NCBI GenBank assembly: GCA_038087875.1
Contig: JAXLNO010005863.1
Span: 62,001-126,000 of the forward strand
DNA length: 64,000 bases
Direction: 5' to 3'
DNA from: Malacoraja senta
Lineage: Eukaryota
How positions within the stretch are numbered: position 1 is the first letter of the stretch; each line of letters starts with the position of its first letter. The notes below the pieces were generated by a model. The model saw nothing but the letters and a program-made list of their open reading frames with translations, did no database searches and had not been told where the DNA came from. Shown here in pieces: positions 24,584 through 37,699 of this stretch. The translations under genes and the position numbers were made by a program.

Positions 24584-26657
24584 CTGCAAGAGAGAACAAG
24601 AACAAAACAATTAGGAAAGATTCTCAGTTTCATTTCGATATTCAGTGCGGAAACAGGAAATATTAACACTATCCTACCCACACTCGGGAAAATTTTTTTT
24701 TTACATTTACCAAGCCAATTAACCTACAAACCTGTACGTCTTTGGAGAGTGGGAGGAAACCGAAGATCTAGGAGAAAACCCACGCAGGTCACTGGGAGAA
24801 CGTACAAACTCCGTACAGACAGCACGCATAGTTGGGATCGAACCGGGGTGTCTGGCGCTGCAAGTGCTGTAAGGCAACAACTCTACCACTGTGCCGCCCA
24901 CAATTCTCTACCCACAATTATCCCCCTTCCTTTCAACAGAACACTGATTCTTCCTAAAGGGACAGCAAAGATTTGGATTTTTGGACACGATCCACCTGAT
25001 ATTTACAGAATAATGAAAGGCATAGAGTGGATGTGGAAAGGATGTTTCCACTGGTGGGAGAGTCTAGGACCAGAGGACATAGGCTCAGAATTAAAGGGTG
25101 CGCCTTTAGAAATAAGGTGAGGAGGAACTTCATTACCACAGAGGGCTGTGGAGGCCAAGTCAGTGGATATTTTTAAGGCAGAGATAGACCAATTCTTGAT
25201 TAGAACGGGTGTAAAGGGTTATTTTGGGAACAGGGATGGGTTGTTGGGGTGGGGTTTGCTATGGCAGGAATCTGCAGTCTCGACCCCTCAATGTTTTCTG
25301 CCAATTTACGTCAACCCTGCACAATGAGAAAACGCGCTACCATTTTCCAGCCGAGCCCATTTGCTGCTTTTGGTTCATGGTGTGACAATTATTAAGTTAA
25401 TGCAGAGAACAGGAGTTACTGAGACATTTTTAACACACTGTCCCCAACACAGGTACTCTCACACCATTTACAAAGTATCGGGTCAAGTACCTGAACCAGC
25501 AGGACCTCTGTCTCGGGCAGTGTGATCAAATGCAACCCAAAATATGCTTTCTCCGATCTCCTCTAAATCTTTCTTTGCTTTAAAACCTCAACCCTCTGGA
25601 CTTAGGCACCTCTGTAAGCTGCTGGCAAATGGGATTAGTTGTACGGGTACCTGATGGTTGACGTGGACATGTTGGGCACAAAAGGCCTGTTTCTGTGCTA
25701 TATGACTCCATGTGGATTTAACAAATCTGAACTCAATTGAAGATTTGACAAACACACTGGCAATCTACATCCAGGTGAGAGGAATGGGGAGCAGAAAGCG
25801 TCAGAGTTTGGTTAAAGCAGATGGAAGGAGCCACTTTTCCTTAAGGAAGGATATTTTTGCTATGGAGGGAACACATCAGAAGTGCAGCAGATTAACTGTA
25901 GGGATGGCAGGGCTGACGTATGAAGAGCAATCTGGTCAATATTCACTGGAGTTTGGAAGGAATGATCATTTTATAGAAACCTACAAAATGTAGAAGTTGT
26001 AACAGGACTGGAAAGATTCGAGGTAAGATGTTCCTGATGCTGGGGAGTTTCAGGACCAGGATCACAGTGCGAGGATAAGTTGAGGTCATGTAGAACTCAG
26101 AGGGGGAGAAATCTCTTCATCCAGAGTGGAGAACCAGAGGAATTATCTATCATGGAATGCAATTGAAATCATATCGTTGAATATACTCATGAGTTAAATA
26201 TTGTTCTTGTAGCTAGAGGGACCAAGAGGTAAGGGGAGAAAGGTATGGGGAGTCCCCCAACTGGGGACACAATTTGGATAATCAGCCATGATCACACTGA
26301 GGGGTTGAGTGGGCTTGAAGGGCCACATTGCTTACTCCTGTTCATAATTTCCATGTTTCTATTCCATATCCCACAACTGTGGTACTGAACAAGCACGCAT
26401 GGTGGGCCAGTGCATGATTTTTTGGACATATATATCAATACCTTGCATTCTTCTGACTGGGAAGAACTGTTATGCAGACAGATTATGTTTCACATAAACC
26501 TGGGGAAAGCAGAGGACACACACTAGTTGTGGTGCCCCCAACAGTAAATCTTGAAGTTGTGGACCTATAGCGTCCCTGTACCTTGCTGCCTCTAGGAGAA
26601 TATTCGAAGGTCACTGCTTTCAAGACAGAAGGGAGCAGCAGTACAAGGATTATATAC

Positions 26658-26770
26658 CTGAATGACAGCTGTGGGTGAGTGAGATTGGTACCACAGTGGA
26701 AAGCCAAACAGACTAAGTATAGTCTTGGTCTCTAACGTCTCTGTGCAGCGTGTGTGGATCACACTGCCAC
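26658..26770 (-). pseudogene. SUN-domain exon: GSVIHTRCTETLETKTILSLFGFPLWYQSHSPTAVIQ
   Basis: tttctcttgttag acceptor, CAG|gtatat donor, 113 nt. One residue shorter than human SUN1/2. Confidence 0.93.
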
Positions 26771-28204
26771 CTAACAAGAGAAAACAGAATCATTATCATA
26801 TCACTGAATGGACAAAGTTAATCATGAATCCTTCAAGAAATATGCAGGTTTGCAGGGAACTGCAAAACTCTGGCAGAGGGATTGGAAAGTTTTTGCTTGA
26901 GTGCTGACCACTAAGAAGAACTTTCCAATTTGTCCAACTGCAGAAATAATTTAATGTTACAATCACAATTGTTTAAGTAAACTTGAAAGCTAATTTTCAT
27001 ACAATGTCCAACAGGTTGGAGCACAGAATCCAGCTGAAACTTTCAATGCACAGCTGAATGGCGACCAGGTGGCAGTGGTTGGAAAAGTACCCTCCCAAAT
27101 CTCAACCATTTACTTGCTCTCATCATTTTTCCATTCAACACAACTATAATAAACAAGGAGCTGTTTTTGCAAAAATTAAGTACAATGAGAAAGATTTCTG
27201 TAACATAAAATGGGAGTAAAATTTCTACCAGCTGACCAAGATATAAAAATATTGTTATTTGTGGGCAGTTAGCTGGGAACATGTGCAACCAATGACTGCT
27301 GTCTGCATAGGTTCTTTTTCTCAATTATATAAAGCCATATAGCATTACATCTGACCTAGTTTAGAGACTAACCAGAAAGGACGATTTATCTTGTAGAACA
27401 TATAATTTTTAAATATTGTAGAACATATATTTACATCGCAGAAACAGGCCCTTTTGTCCCACTGTGTCCACACCAACCATGATGTCAGCCTAACTCATCC
27501 CATCTGACTGGACATGGTCTACATCCCTCTACTCCCTGTCTGTACATGTATCTGTCCAAATGCCTTTTAAAGATTACTATTGTATCTGCTTCCACCACCT
27601 CCCCTGACAACACACCTACAGCTGTGCAAGAAAAACTTGCCTCACACATCTCCTTTAAACATCCCCCCTCTCACCTTAACTCTATGCCCTCGCGTATTTG
27701 ACATTTCCACCCTGGGGAAAGACTGCCTACTCTATCTATATATCTCTCATAATTTTATATACTTCTATCAGGTCTCGTCTCAGCCTCTGACGTTCCAGCA
27801 AAAACATTCCGTTTGTCCAACCTCCCCTTATAGCTAATATTCTATTCTAGCATTCTGTCTAATCCAGGCAGCATCCTGGTCATTCTGCAGATGGCTGAAA
27901 CCTAAAGTAGATCTTCAGCTTTCTACACAATTCCAATTGTCCAATGTTAGCTTGAGAAGAACCAAGCTTCTATCCACATTTCAAACCATGAGCATGTCTT
28001 CTTTTCTTGCTCTTCTACAGGTGTTTAAGATTTCATTCGTCTGCCACTATATGCATCCTCACCGATCCAGCTGGTATCGACATTCATCTCAAATATCTCC
28101 TGGTCTCCAGTCTATCTATTTTGTTCTCACTTTCTCTGCAACGTAAACTTTGCTTCACGGAATAAAACTGGCCAACCAACAGAAGATGGGAGCAATTAAA
28201 TCAG

Positions 28205-28400
28205 GGCAGCACAGTGACGGATCGGTAGACCTCCTGCCCGACAGCACCAGAGACTTGGGTTTGATCCTGACTACGGGTGCTGTCTGTACGGAGTTTGTAC
28301 ATTCTCCCTGTGACCGCATGGGTTTTCTCCTGGTGCTCTGGTATCCTCCCACACTCCAGAGATGTACAGGTTTGTAGGTTAATTGTAAGTTGTAAAATTG
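28205..28400 (+). mobile_element. tRNA-derived SINE (HE1/V-SINE-like), representative copy
   Basis: gggcagcacagtg..cagcaccagagac..gggtttgatcctgactacgggtgctgtctgtacggagtttgtac..gtaggttaattg. Related copies near 14800-15235(-), 21970-22480(+), 24705-24900(-), 33745-33890(+), 34745-34865(+), 46095-46400(-). Confidence 0.8.
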
Positions 28401-29263
28401 GCCAGAGGGCAGAATAAGACCCATCTTTTCTTCATACGCATTAAATGACGGAGTTCCAGATTTGTAGATGATACTGTGAACTGGGGATATTCATGGAATT
28501 GGAGGCAAATACAGAATTGGGTTTGAACAGCTGTAATTCAAATGTGAAATATTTCATTTTGGGAGGAGGGATAAGGCAATGTAAACTAGAGGGCACAATT
28601 CTAAAAGGAGTGAAGAAACAACAGTGTCTCTGGAATGGGTGACGTTTCGGGTCGAGACCCTTCATCAGACCTTCACATCCTTCTTACACACGTGGGTGAT
28701 ATATGTGCCTAATTTACTGAAAGAAGGAAGTTTAGGATGTTGTTTAAAAACGCCTGTACTTTATAAATAACAGCTCAGGGTACAAGAACAAAGAAGTGAT
28801 GGGGAACTTTGTAAAACACAGGCTTGGCCACAGCTGGAGTAGTGCATCCAGTCCTGGCTGCCTGCCCTCAGAAAGGCATGAAGCTTCGGAGAGAGTGCAC
28901 AAGAGAGTAACCAATGTGTTTGCAGGGATGGTGGAGCAGTGGACAGAATGAAGATGGCCGATGGTGCCCCAGGACAAGGCCATCCCACCGATGGCTCGGC
29001 CTTTAAATGAGTTGTGGCTGGTGCAACATCAAACAGTTACAAGTTAAATTAACATTCAGCAGTGTGAACCTCAGCAGCTCTGGGGAAACCTGTACTGTCA
29101 ACATAGATCTGTACTTGCCTATTCAGGACATATTGCCCAGTGTGAAAGAGACCCCATTCCACAGGAGCAAGTCAAACATGACTAAAGTGCCAGCCCACAC
29201 AACACCCTTTCAGTCTGTTACATTCAGAGTTTTACTTGGCCCGGGCTTTTGTCTGATACTTAC

Positions 29264-29348
29264 CAGCAGATTCCAGTGCATAATTCACCAATCCAACCCT
29301 GTCAGTGCTGTACAGTTTCAGGGCTTGCTCCACAATGCTTTTCACTTC
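29264..29348 (-). pseudogene. SUN-like exon: EVKSIVEQALKLYSTDRVGLVNYALESA(G)
   Basis: ttctttggtag acceptor, gtaagt donor, 85 nt. Matches the SUN1/2 ALKLYSQDKTGMVDFALESG block. Confidence 0.92.
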
Positions 29349-30525
29349 CTACCAAAGAATAAAATAACAATAATCTGGGATAAGAAGGGGGTAGTAGAGT
29401 GTAATAGAGTGCAGAGCCCACACATATACAGAAACCAGACAGGCAATGCTCCCTTCAACAGTTCCCACAAAATGATCCATCTTATCCATTCCCATAATCT
29501 GGAATTAGCAAGGTGTAATAAAAGTGAGCGATGGAGAGCCCAAGTTTACTGCATAGAAGGCAGCAGGATTGTGTGATCAGGTCAATAATTATTACAGTAC
29601 ATTGACATGGATAGGACAGGTTTGGAGGGATCTGGGGCAAACGCAGGCAGGTGGGACTAGTGTAGCTGGGACATGTTGGCCGGTGTAGACTTAGGCAATG
29701 TTCCATTCAGTTTGACATTGCCTTACTACCTGTCCTTCACAGAAAGGTTCCTGAAGACAACTACCTGTGACCAGGTGATCAAGGTAGAACAAGCTACAGG
29801 CACTGTGGGAGAAGGACTCGATGGATCCCATCAGATGGCTCCCCAAGCAGACAGAGGAACTCGCCAACAGTAGTGTGAGGAGCCCTCCCAGTCAGACCCT
29901 GCCTGCTCTGTCAGAAAAGCACCCCACTGCACGCTGCCATTGAGATGGTTGTGGTGTGGACAACATTCACCTCCTTATGCACTGGGTGTTTGACAGGAAG
30001 GTCAGAAGAAGAATGCAAGGGCTCTTGTCATGGTTCATCCTGTGCAGTTGTGCATCAGTGATCTATGAGCTGTTCACAGGGACGCACAACAAGATAAATG
30101 TCAACTGCTGCTGGAAGATCATTATCTCAGCGGAAGACTCACTTTGGTCTGCCTAAACATTGATCTTCCTGCATAAGATGTAGGTAAATAAATTGCTGCC
30201 GACTGGCACATTCCAGGGTGTGAGAGTATGTGGTGTGAGGGACACACTGAAGCTCAGTGTAGTCACTGCAGAGGCTGTGGGGGAATGGCCTTGGTCTAAG
30301 GTCCGGCCACCACTAGACACTGAGGGGCTCTCAGACACTTCATGGGAGCACTGTTTAAGGATGTGGTGTTCATTGACACATTGCAAGTGAAAGTGCTGAA
30401 TTGATGGAACGTAGAGTAAGACATGCCACAATTTCATTAACTGTATATATTATGAATACATTACTTTTCTGAAATACAATAGTGTGTTCCAGAGTTAGAG
30501 CCACTGGCTGCTTGCATGCTTGTAC

Positions 30526-30820
30526 CTTAATAATCCCTGCTCTGACAGCTGCCGAGTGTGTCTCCATACCGAACTGTGGTGGGGAACAGAAAGATCTTGG
30601 AGAGCTTGTTGTGTAGGAAGGAAATGCAGATGCTGGTTTACGCTGAAGATAGACACAAAATGCTGGAGTTACTCAGCAGACCAGGCAGCATCTAATGCTC
30701 CAGAGATGCTGTCCATCCCGCTGAGTTACTCCAGCATTTTGTGTCTATCTTTAGAGAGCTTGTTCATGCGCCTTTGAAGATAGTGGGACAGGCATCTTGG
30801 AACTGTTAGCTCAGCTGTAC
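30526..30820 (-). pseudogene. SUN-like exon, disrupted (stop, frameshift, 143-bp repeat insertion)
   Basis: Acceptor gttacag|GTA. VQLS*QF then shifted PRCLSHYLQR resembles SUN2 VESQFPAWISQFL. Donor AAG|gtac. Insertion 30611-30753 is flanked by the TSD gagagcttgtt. Confidence 0.6.
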
Positions 30821-33295
30821 CTGTAACATTGTGTGGATTCTGGTTGCCTCCCTACAGGATTGATGGGAGTTCACTAGAGAGGCACAAGAAATGTTTACGA
30901 CCTTGGCAGGACTGCAGAAGAAAGGTTGCAAGGAGAGAGTCGCCAGGAACTGCAGCAGGTAGATTGTTTGAGTGGCTATAATATTATAGAAAAAAAGAAA
31001 AAATGCTGGAGTAACTCAGCGGGACAGGCAGCATCTCTGGAGAGAAAGAATGGATCATGTTTCGGATTGAGACCCTTTTTCAGACGTCTCGACCTGAAAT
31101 GTCATCCATCCCCCCCCCCCCCCCCCCCCCCCCCCAGAGATGCTGCCTGTCTCACTGATGTCTATCTGTGGTGTAAACCAGCATCTGCAGTTCCTTCCTA
31201 CACATAAGGCGATGATATTTTGACTGGTTCATTCAGAGTAAACAAGGTAACCATCTTTCCTACACAAAGTTGGAAATGTAATTCAATTAGCAAGTCAAGT
31301 CAAGTGAGTTTATTGTCATGTGTCCCTGGTAGGACAATGAAATTCTTGCTTTGCTTGAGCACAACAGAACATAGTAGGCATTTACTACAAGGCATTCTAT
31401 AAATATATACACAATGGTCAATATACTGATAAAGTGCAAATAACAGTATTGGCTAGTAAAGTTCAGTGTTATGTCCGAGCCAGGTTTAATAGCCTGATGG
31501 CTGTGGGGAAGTAGCACAAGGGTTTGATGCAATTAGTACAGTGGGCCAAGGGTTCACTGCCTGAATGGTTGTTGGAAGCAGAACTCACATTTACTGGGCA
31601 CCTGGACCAGCAGTAGAAGAGGCTGTGAGTGAGATTCACCTGGCCTCCCAGCACGTAAAACAGAAGGTGGGAACTATAGGTCAATTGACAGATACATGGA
31701 TAGGACAGGTTTGGAGGGATATGGACCAAACGCAGGCAGGTGGGACCAGTGTAGCTGGAACATGTTGGTGGGTTTGGGGGAGTTGGGCCGAAGGGTCTGT
31801 TTCCACACTGTATCACTCTATGATTCTAATTCATCCAGCACTCATAGTTCACAAGAGGAAATAACTAATCATTTGGTAAGCTGCATCTAATCAAACGTAG
31901 CCGACATGGTTTAATGAAAATCATGTGTGATAAAACTTGACAGGATGTGATAGGGAGTTGATAAGGGAAACCTGTAAATGTAGGAGGAAGGAACTGCAAA
32001 TGCTTGTTTAAACCAAAGATAGACACAATAAGCTGGAGTAACTTAGCGGCTCAGATAGCATCTCTGGAGAAAAGGACTTTTCTATTTGTTTTCTCCAGAG
32101 ATGCTGTCTGACCCGCTGAGTTACTCCAGCTTTTTGTGTCTATCTCCTGTAAATGTAATGTGTATTTAGATCTCCAAAAGGCATTTGCCACATATGAGGA
32201 CAAATGTGCTAACATGGACTGAAAGGTGGAAGTGATATAGAAAAACAAGTTAGAATAAATGCGTGAAAACTGCAGATGGAATAAATGTGAAAAACAAAAT
32301 GCTGGGAACACTCGGGTCAGGCTGCATCTGTAGCCAGAGAAACAGAATTCATGTTTCAAGTCAAAGACTTTTCGTCAGAACTGGGGAAGTGACAACAGAA
32401 ACTTGTAAAGCTGCACAGGTGGGTGGATGACTCTGATAGTGTCAAACCAGGTGACCATGGGGATAAGCTGCACACAAAGTTATCTGGTCAAGGAGTGAAT
32501 ATGAGCGGTTAGGTTCTATATAAGGAAAATAGACAAAGATCGTAGCAGTTGCAAAATGCAGAGCAAGAAGACATGTCTAGGAAGGAACGGCAGATGCTGT
32601 TTAAACCGAAGATAGACAACGGGACAGGCTGCATCTCTGGAGAGAAGGAATGGGTGACGTTTCTGGTGGAGACGCTTTTCAGACAAGACATGTCTGGCAG
32701 GTCAGCATGGACATGCCCTCCACTTTTGGATAGAGATTTTAAAAAACAAGCCAACTCAATTATCACAAATGGACAACTGATACTAACAGAGGAATCAAGT
32801 TACCCAAGATTATCAAATTCCGTTCAAGCCCAGAGGACTGCCAAGAGCACAAATGGAAGGTGAGATGCCATTCCTCAAGATTGCTTTGAGCCTCATTGCA
32901 ACAGTGCAGGAAGTCACAGACTGTTCATTCACTCCCACATCCAAGAGTCAGAATGAGATAACAGGAAGCTCAGGAGTGCCCCATGGATCCAACACAGGTG
33001 CTCCACAAAGTGGAAACCCAACGCCTGTTTGGTTTCTCCAATGTTGAGGACACCACGTCGTGAACACAGGGAAAGGAGCAGAGGGGGAAAAGGAGAGACA
33101 GTGAGAGAAAGGGAAGAACACAGTAGAGAGGGAGGGAGAGAGTGAGAGTTGGGTGTTAAAGAAGGGGAGGGAAGAGGGCAAGTTACTTTCCACACTTTCC
33201 TCTTCACCTCAATCTCTTTGATCATCTCCAAGGTAGACGAAGTGCTAAGTTTTGGCCTTTTGCAGTTAAATAAAAAACTATTTGGGAAAACTTAC

Positions 33296-33452
33296 ATCAG
33301 TCATACTTTTAATTCTGTTTTCCAAAGCTTGCATGCTGGAGTCCATGTCCTTCTGTGCTGCACGTGCAGCCTGCAGCTCCAGCCGTGTCTGGCTGAGCTG
33401 CTCCTCCAGCAGCACCAGTGCAGTCAGAAGCTGCTTCTGTTCATCTGTCAAC
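33296..33452 (-). pseudogene. SUN-like coiled-coil exon: LTDEQKQLLTALVLLEEQLSQTRLELQAARAAQKDMDSSMQALENRIKSMTD
   Basis: Acceptor attatag, donor gtaagt, 157 nt open, heptad-like composition. Confidence 0.8.
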
Positions 33453-34237
33453 CTATAATAATAATAATCAATATAATGTTATTAGCCAAGTATGCATACA
33501 TACAAAAACTTGCCTTGATGCTTTGGTTGCAAGGATAAAAACATGATATACAGTAGACAATTAAAAATAAAACATTATAATTTAAACATGTGGAAATAAA
33601 GTACCAGAGTAAAAAGAGGCTACAGATTTTTGGCTGTTGAGTAGAGCTACTGCTTGTGGAAAAATACTGTTTTTATGTCTGGCTGTGGCCCAGATCAAAT
33701 CTGTCCTATACAGGACAAAGCAAGTCATCAGGGTGCAGGAGCAGAGGCGGCACGGTGGTGCAGAGTAGAGCTACGGCCTTACAGCACCAGAGACCCGGGT
33801 TCAATCCTGACTACCGGTGTAAGGGTGATCGTTGGTCTGCACGGACTCGGTGGGCCGAAGGGCCTGTTTCCACGCTGTACCTCGAAACTAAAAAATGACG
33901 TTGACCTGTTTCACACAGCAACCGACGAAGCCCCCCTCCCCAGGTCTACTGCTACTCCACTCCTGTCTGGAAACACATAGCATCAGCATTATACTGCTCA
34001 CAGCTCAGCCACAGGCAAACCTGCTGCCGTGCCACACCCCAGGGGCATCTTGATGCATCTGCAGATACTGTGGCCGACAACATCAACACCAAAACATTTG
34101 TGGCGTGATGACACTGATATGACGCCGGCAGTCACCGAAAAAATTGCCAAGTGGGGCAGGCCGTTAAATGAGTTATTTATCTCTATCGTTGTGAGCAGTT
34201 GATTAAGTCTGGAAACTGCCGCGGCGCAGCTCTGCAC

Positions 34238-34281
34238 CTTTCCACAGCAGATTCCATTTCCTTCACCTTCTGCAACAACAT
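34238..34281 (-). pseudogene. SUN-like exon: MLLQKVKEMESAVE(R)
   Basis: Acceptor tttctattcctag, donor AG|gtgcag, 44 nt. Phase 2 matches the next exon. Confidence 0.6.
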
Positions 34282-34873
34282 CTAGGAATAGAAATTAAAA
34301 ACAAAGTTTATTTTCAAGTTTGGAGGCTTATTAATTCTACTCACAGCTACTTATTTCACAACATACACGTCAAATTTACAAATATGTAATGCAGGAAAGT
34401 CACTTTTCCATACTTCATATTTCCTTATGACATAGGCCATTTCAGCCCATCAAATCAATGCCAGCTCTCAGAGAATCCCAGTCCTTCACGAATTGTCCTT
34501 GAAACTAGTTCCTCACAAATTCCCATCAATTGCCCGCAGAATCCACCATTCAATTGAAAGCAAACTTCACTGAACTGTAGCAGCTTAACACCCAGAAGAT
34601 GTGAAATGCAGGGAATTCTCTGTCCAAGTGACTACGGAGTCCAGAATTGAGACCAGTTCAACACTGAGATGACTGGCCTTAATATTACGTAATTGAGAGT
34701 ATGGCCTTAAATGGTGCCGAGATAAATGGTCTGACTGAAAGGCAGAGCAGCTGAGGGCAGCATGGTGGAACCAGAGGCCCAGGTTCGATCCCACTACGGG
34801 TGCTATCTGTACGGAGTTTGTACATTCTCCCCGTGACCTGCGTGGACGTTCTCCAGGTGCTCCGGCTTTGGTA

Positions 34874-35248
34874 TGAAAACGCTAAAGCCGCCTTTGGTTT
34901 GAAAACGCTAATGTTGCCTTTGGTTTGAAAACGCTAAAGCCGCCTTTGGTTTGAAAACGCTAAAGCCGCCTTTGGTTTGAAAACGCTAAAGCCGCCTTTG
35001 GTTTGAAAACAGCTAAAGCTGCCTTTGGTTTGAAAACAGCTAAAGCTGTCTCGTTTGAAAACGCTAATGCTGCCTATGGTTTGAAAACGCTAAAGTTGCC
35101 TAAGGTTTTAAAACGCTATGTGGACAAAAGTGCTGGAGAAACTCAGCGGGTGTAGCAGCATCTATGGAGCGAAGGAAATGGGCAACGTTCCAAAACGCTA
35201 TCGTTGCCTAAGGTTTGAAAACGCTAAAGTTGCCTTTGGTTTCTATTA
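34874..35248 (+). repeat. 26-bp minisatellite (gaaaacgctaaagccgcctttggttt)n, resuming at ~36685-36753
   Basis: About 10 head-to-tail units without spacers. Three degenerate units reappear right of the L1 fragment. Confidence 0.9.
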
Positions 35249-36682
35249 CTGGGCGACTAATATCAAAAACGTAATCTACTGGATGGATGACACATGCCAA
35301 CAGGTAAACTGGTTAAAAATGGAGAGGGAAGATTGTTTGCCTTTTAATATAGCGCAATTCTTCTTTCTCCAACACATCTGAATAAATCAATGTATGAGCA
35401 AAATCCGATAATACACAGTACCCTACGCATTTGGAAACAGGTGAAATCAAACCTCAAACTGAGAAATTTCTCTCTCCTTTTACCAATCGCTAATAAACCC
35501 TCGTTTAAACCGTCTAATTTAGATAAGGCGTTTGCACAATGGAAAAACTCAGGAATTTAAACGGTGGGAGATCTTTACGAGAAGGGGATTTTCCTCTCGT
35601 TTCAAGAATTACAGGAGAAATATCACTTGAAAGCAAGTAATTCTTTCAGATATCTTCAAATCCGAGACTATGTGAAAACATATACACAAGACTGTCACTC
35701 TATGGGTCCAGATATACTAGATGACTGCATGAATAGACATGTTGATACAAGCAAGTTAATATCCTACATTTACAATACTCTTTTAACTGCATACATCCCA
35801 TCTTCTGAGAGGCATAGGCGAGCATGGGAATACAAATTGGGTTTATTAATTTCAAAAGATAGCTGGGAGGAAAGCCTTCTATACATACACTACTGCTCTC
35901 TCAATGTTCGGCACTCCCTGATACAATTTAAAATACTGCATAGACTCTACTATTCAAAGACCAAATTAAACAAGATCTTCCCAAATGTCTCTCCTATTTG
36001 TGATAAATGTCTCTTCCAAAAAGCGACTATAACCCATTCATTTTCCTCCTGTATAAAGTTACAAAACTTCTGGAGGGGAATATTTGATATCTTCTCCAAA
36101 ATACTTAACATTAAATTGGAACCAGATATAAAACGGATCACTTTAGGTATGTCAGATGCCTGCTCTAAATTAACGACATTCCAAAGACGTTTCCTCAACT
36201 ATGGCCTAATAACGGCGAAAAAATTAATACTCAAATTCTGGAAACAGATAACAGTCCCTACAGTGAAGATGTGGATTACTGATGAGTCCGATACACAACA
36301 TTTGGAAAATATTAGGTTTGTCTTGGCGGGAAAAGCAGATCAATTTCTTAAGACATGGTTCCCTTTTACTGAAATTCTGCAACAACAGAATGGTTAAACA
36401 CAAATTTAAACCCGATGCCAGGGATAGGTGAGGGGGGAAGGTATATTTCCTTTTTTTTTCTTATTTCTTTTCTTTCTCTTGCACTTCTTTGGTACCTTAG
36501 GGTCTATTTTCTAGCTTGTTCTTATTTTACTTCTCTTTTGTCATTCTTTTATTTTCTCTCTCTTTTTTTTCGATTTAGGTTCTAACGTTAAAAATGAAGC
36601 TGTACAATAATTGTATAAGTGTTATGTTGATTGCCTTATCCTTGTATAATCGCTTCTAATAAAAGAAATTCAAAAATAAATA
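35249..36682 (+). mobile_element. L1-clade LINE 3' fragment
   Basis: ORF 35564-36397 (HSLIQFKILHRLYYSKTKLNKIFPNVSPICDKC..HSFSSC..YGLITAKKLILKFWKQ), then 3' UTR and A-rich tail. Confidence 0.9.
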
Positions 36683-36754
36683 AACCCGCTAAAGCTGCCT
36701 TTGCTTTCAAACCGCTAAAGCTGCCTTTGGTTTCAAAATGCTAAAGCTGCCTTT

Positions 36755-37698
36755 AGACAATAGATAATAGACAAGAGACAATAGGTGCAGGAGTAGGCCA
36801 TTTGGCCCTTCGAGCCAGCACCGCCATTCAATGTGATCATGGCAGATCATCGCCAATCAGTACCCCGTTCCTGCCTTCTCCCCATATCCCTTGACTCCGC
36901 TATTTTAAGAGCCCTATTTAGTTCTCTCTTGAAAGCATCCAGAGAAACTGCCTCTACCGCCCTCTGAGGCAGAGAATTCCACAGGCTCACCACTCTCTGT
37001 GAGAAATAGTGTTTCCTCGTCTCCGTTCAAATGGCTAACTCCTTATTCTTAAACTGTGGCTTCTGGACTCCCCCCAACATCGGGAACATGTTTCCTGCCT
37101 CTAGCATGTCCAAGCCCTTAACAATGTTATATGTTACAATGAGATGCCCTCTCATCCTTCTAAACTCCAGAGTGTACAAGCCCAGCTGCTCCATTCTCTC
37201 AGCATATGACAGTTCCGCCATCCCGGGAATTAACCTTGTAAACCAACGCTGCACTCCCTCAATAGCAAGAATGTCCTTCCTCAAATTAGGGGACCAAAAC
37301 TGCACACAATACTCCAGGTGTGGTCTCACTAGGGCTCTGTACAACTGCAGAAGGACCTCTTTGCTCCTATATTCGATTCCTCTTGTTATAAAGGCCAACA
37401 TGCCATTCGCTTTCTTCACTGCCTGCTGTACCTGCATGCATACTTTCATAGACTGATGAACAAGGACCCCCAGATCTCGTTGTACTTCCTTTTCCCAACT
37501 TGACGCCATATAGATAGTAATCTGCTTTCCTGTTTTTGCTACCAAAGTGCATAACCTCACATTTATCCGCATTAAACTCCATCTGCCATGCATCTGCCCA
37601 CTCCTCCAACCTGTCCAAGTCACCCTGCATTCTCATAGCATCCTCCTCACAGTTCACACTGCCACCCATCTTTGTGTCATCTGCAAATTTGCTAATAT
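36755..37698 (-). mobile_element. CR1 LINE 3' part
   Basis: ORFs 37367-37792 and 37027-37623 ([34 protein letters not shown]). (tagacaa)n tail on +. Confidence 0.9.
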
Positions 37699-37699
37699 T

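Larger units (their letters stand above)
23390..34281 (-). pseudogene. SUN1/SUN2-like SUN-domain gene, unprocessed pseudogene (7 exons recovered)
   Basis: Phase-compatible GT-AG exons give a coiled coil followed by the SUN domain (YALESAGGSVIHTRCTET..LFGFPLWY..NCWPFKGSQG..FTLEHIP..SAPQD*SVYGL..LLGPYTY). Multiple disabling lesions. Confidence 0.9.

Noticed and set aside
32700-32860. Plus-strand exon candidate ending GAAG|gtgaga
   Set aside because: No clear acceptor or recognisable peptide, and it is antisense within a SUN intron.
33187-33256. Extra SUN exon (PKLSTSSTLEMIKEIEVKRKVWK)
   Set aside because: It would need a 39-nt intron and its phase does not match the upstream exon.
34874-35248. 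CRISPR-like repeat array
   Set aside because: The units are contiguous with no unique spacers and there are no cas genes; this is a eukaryotic minisatellite.
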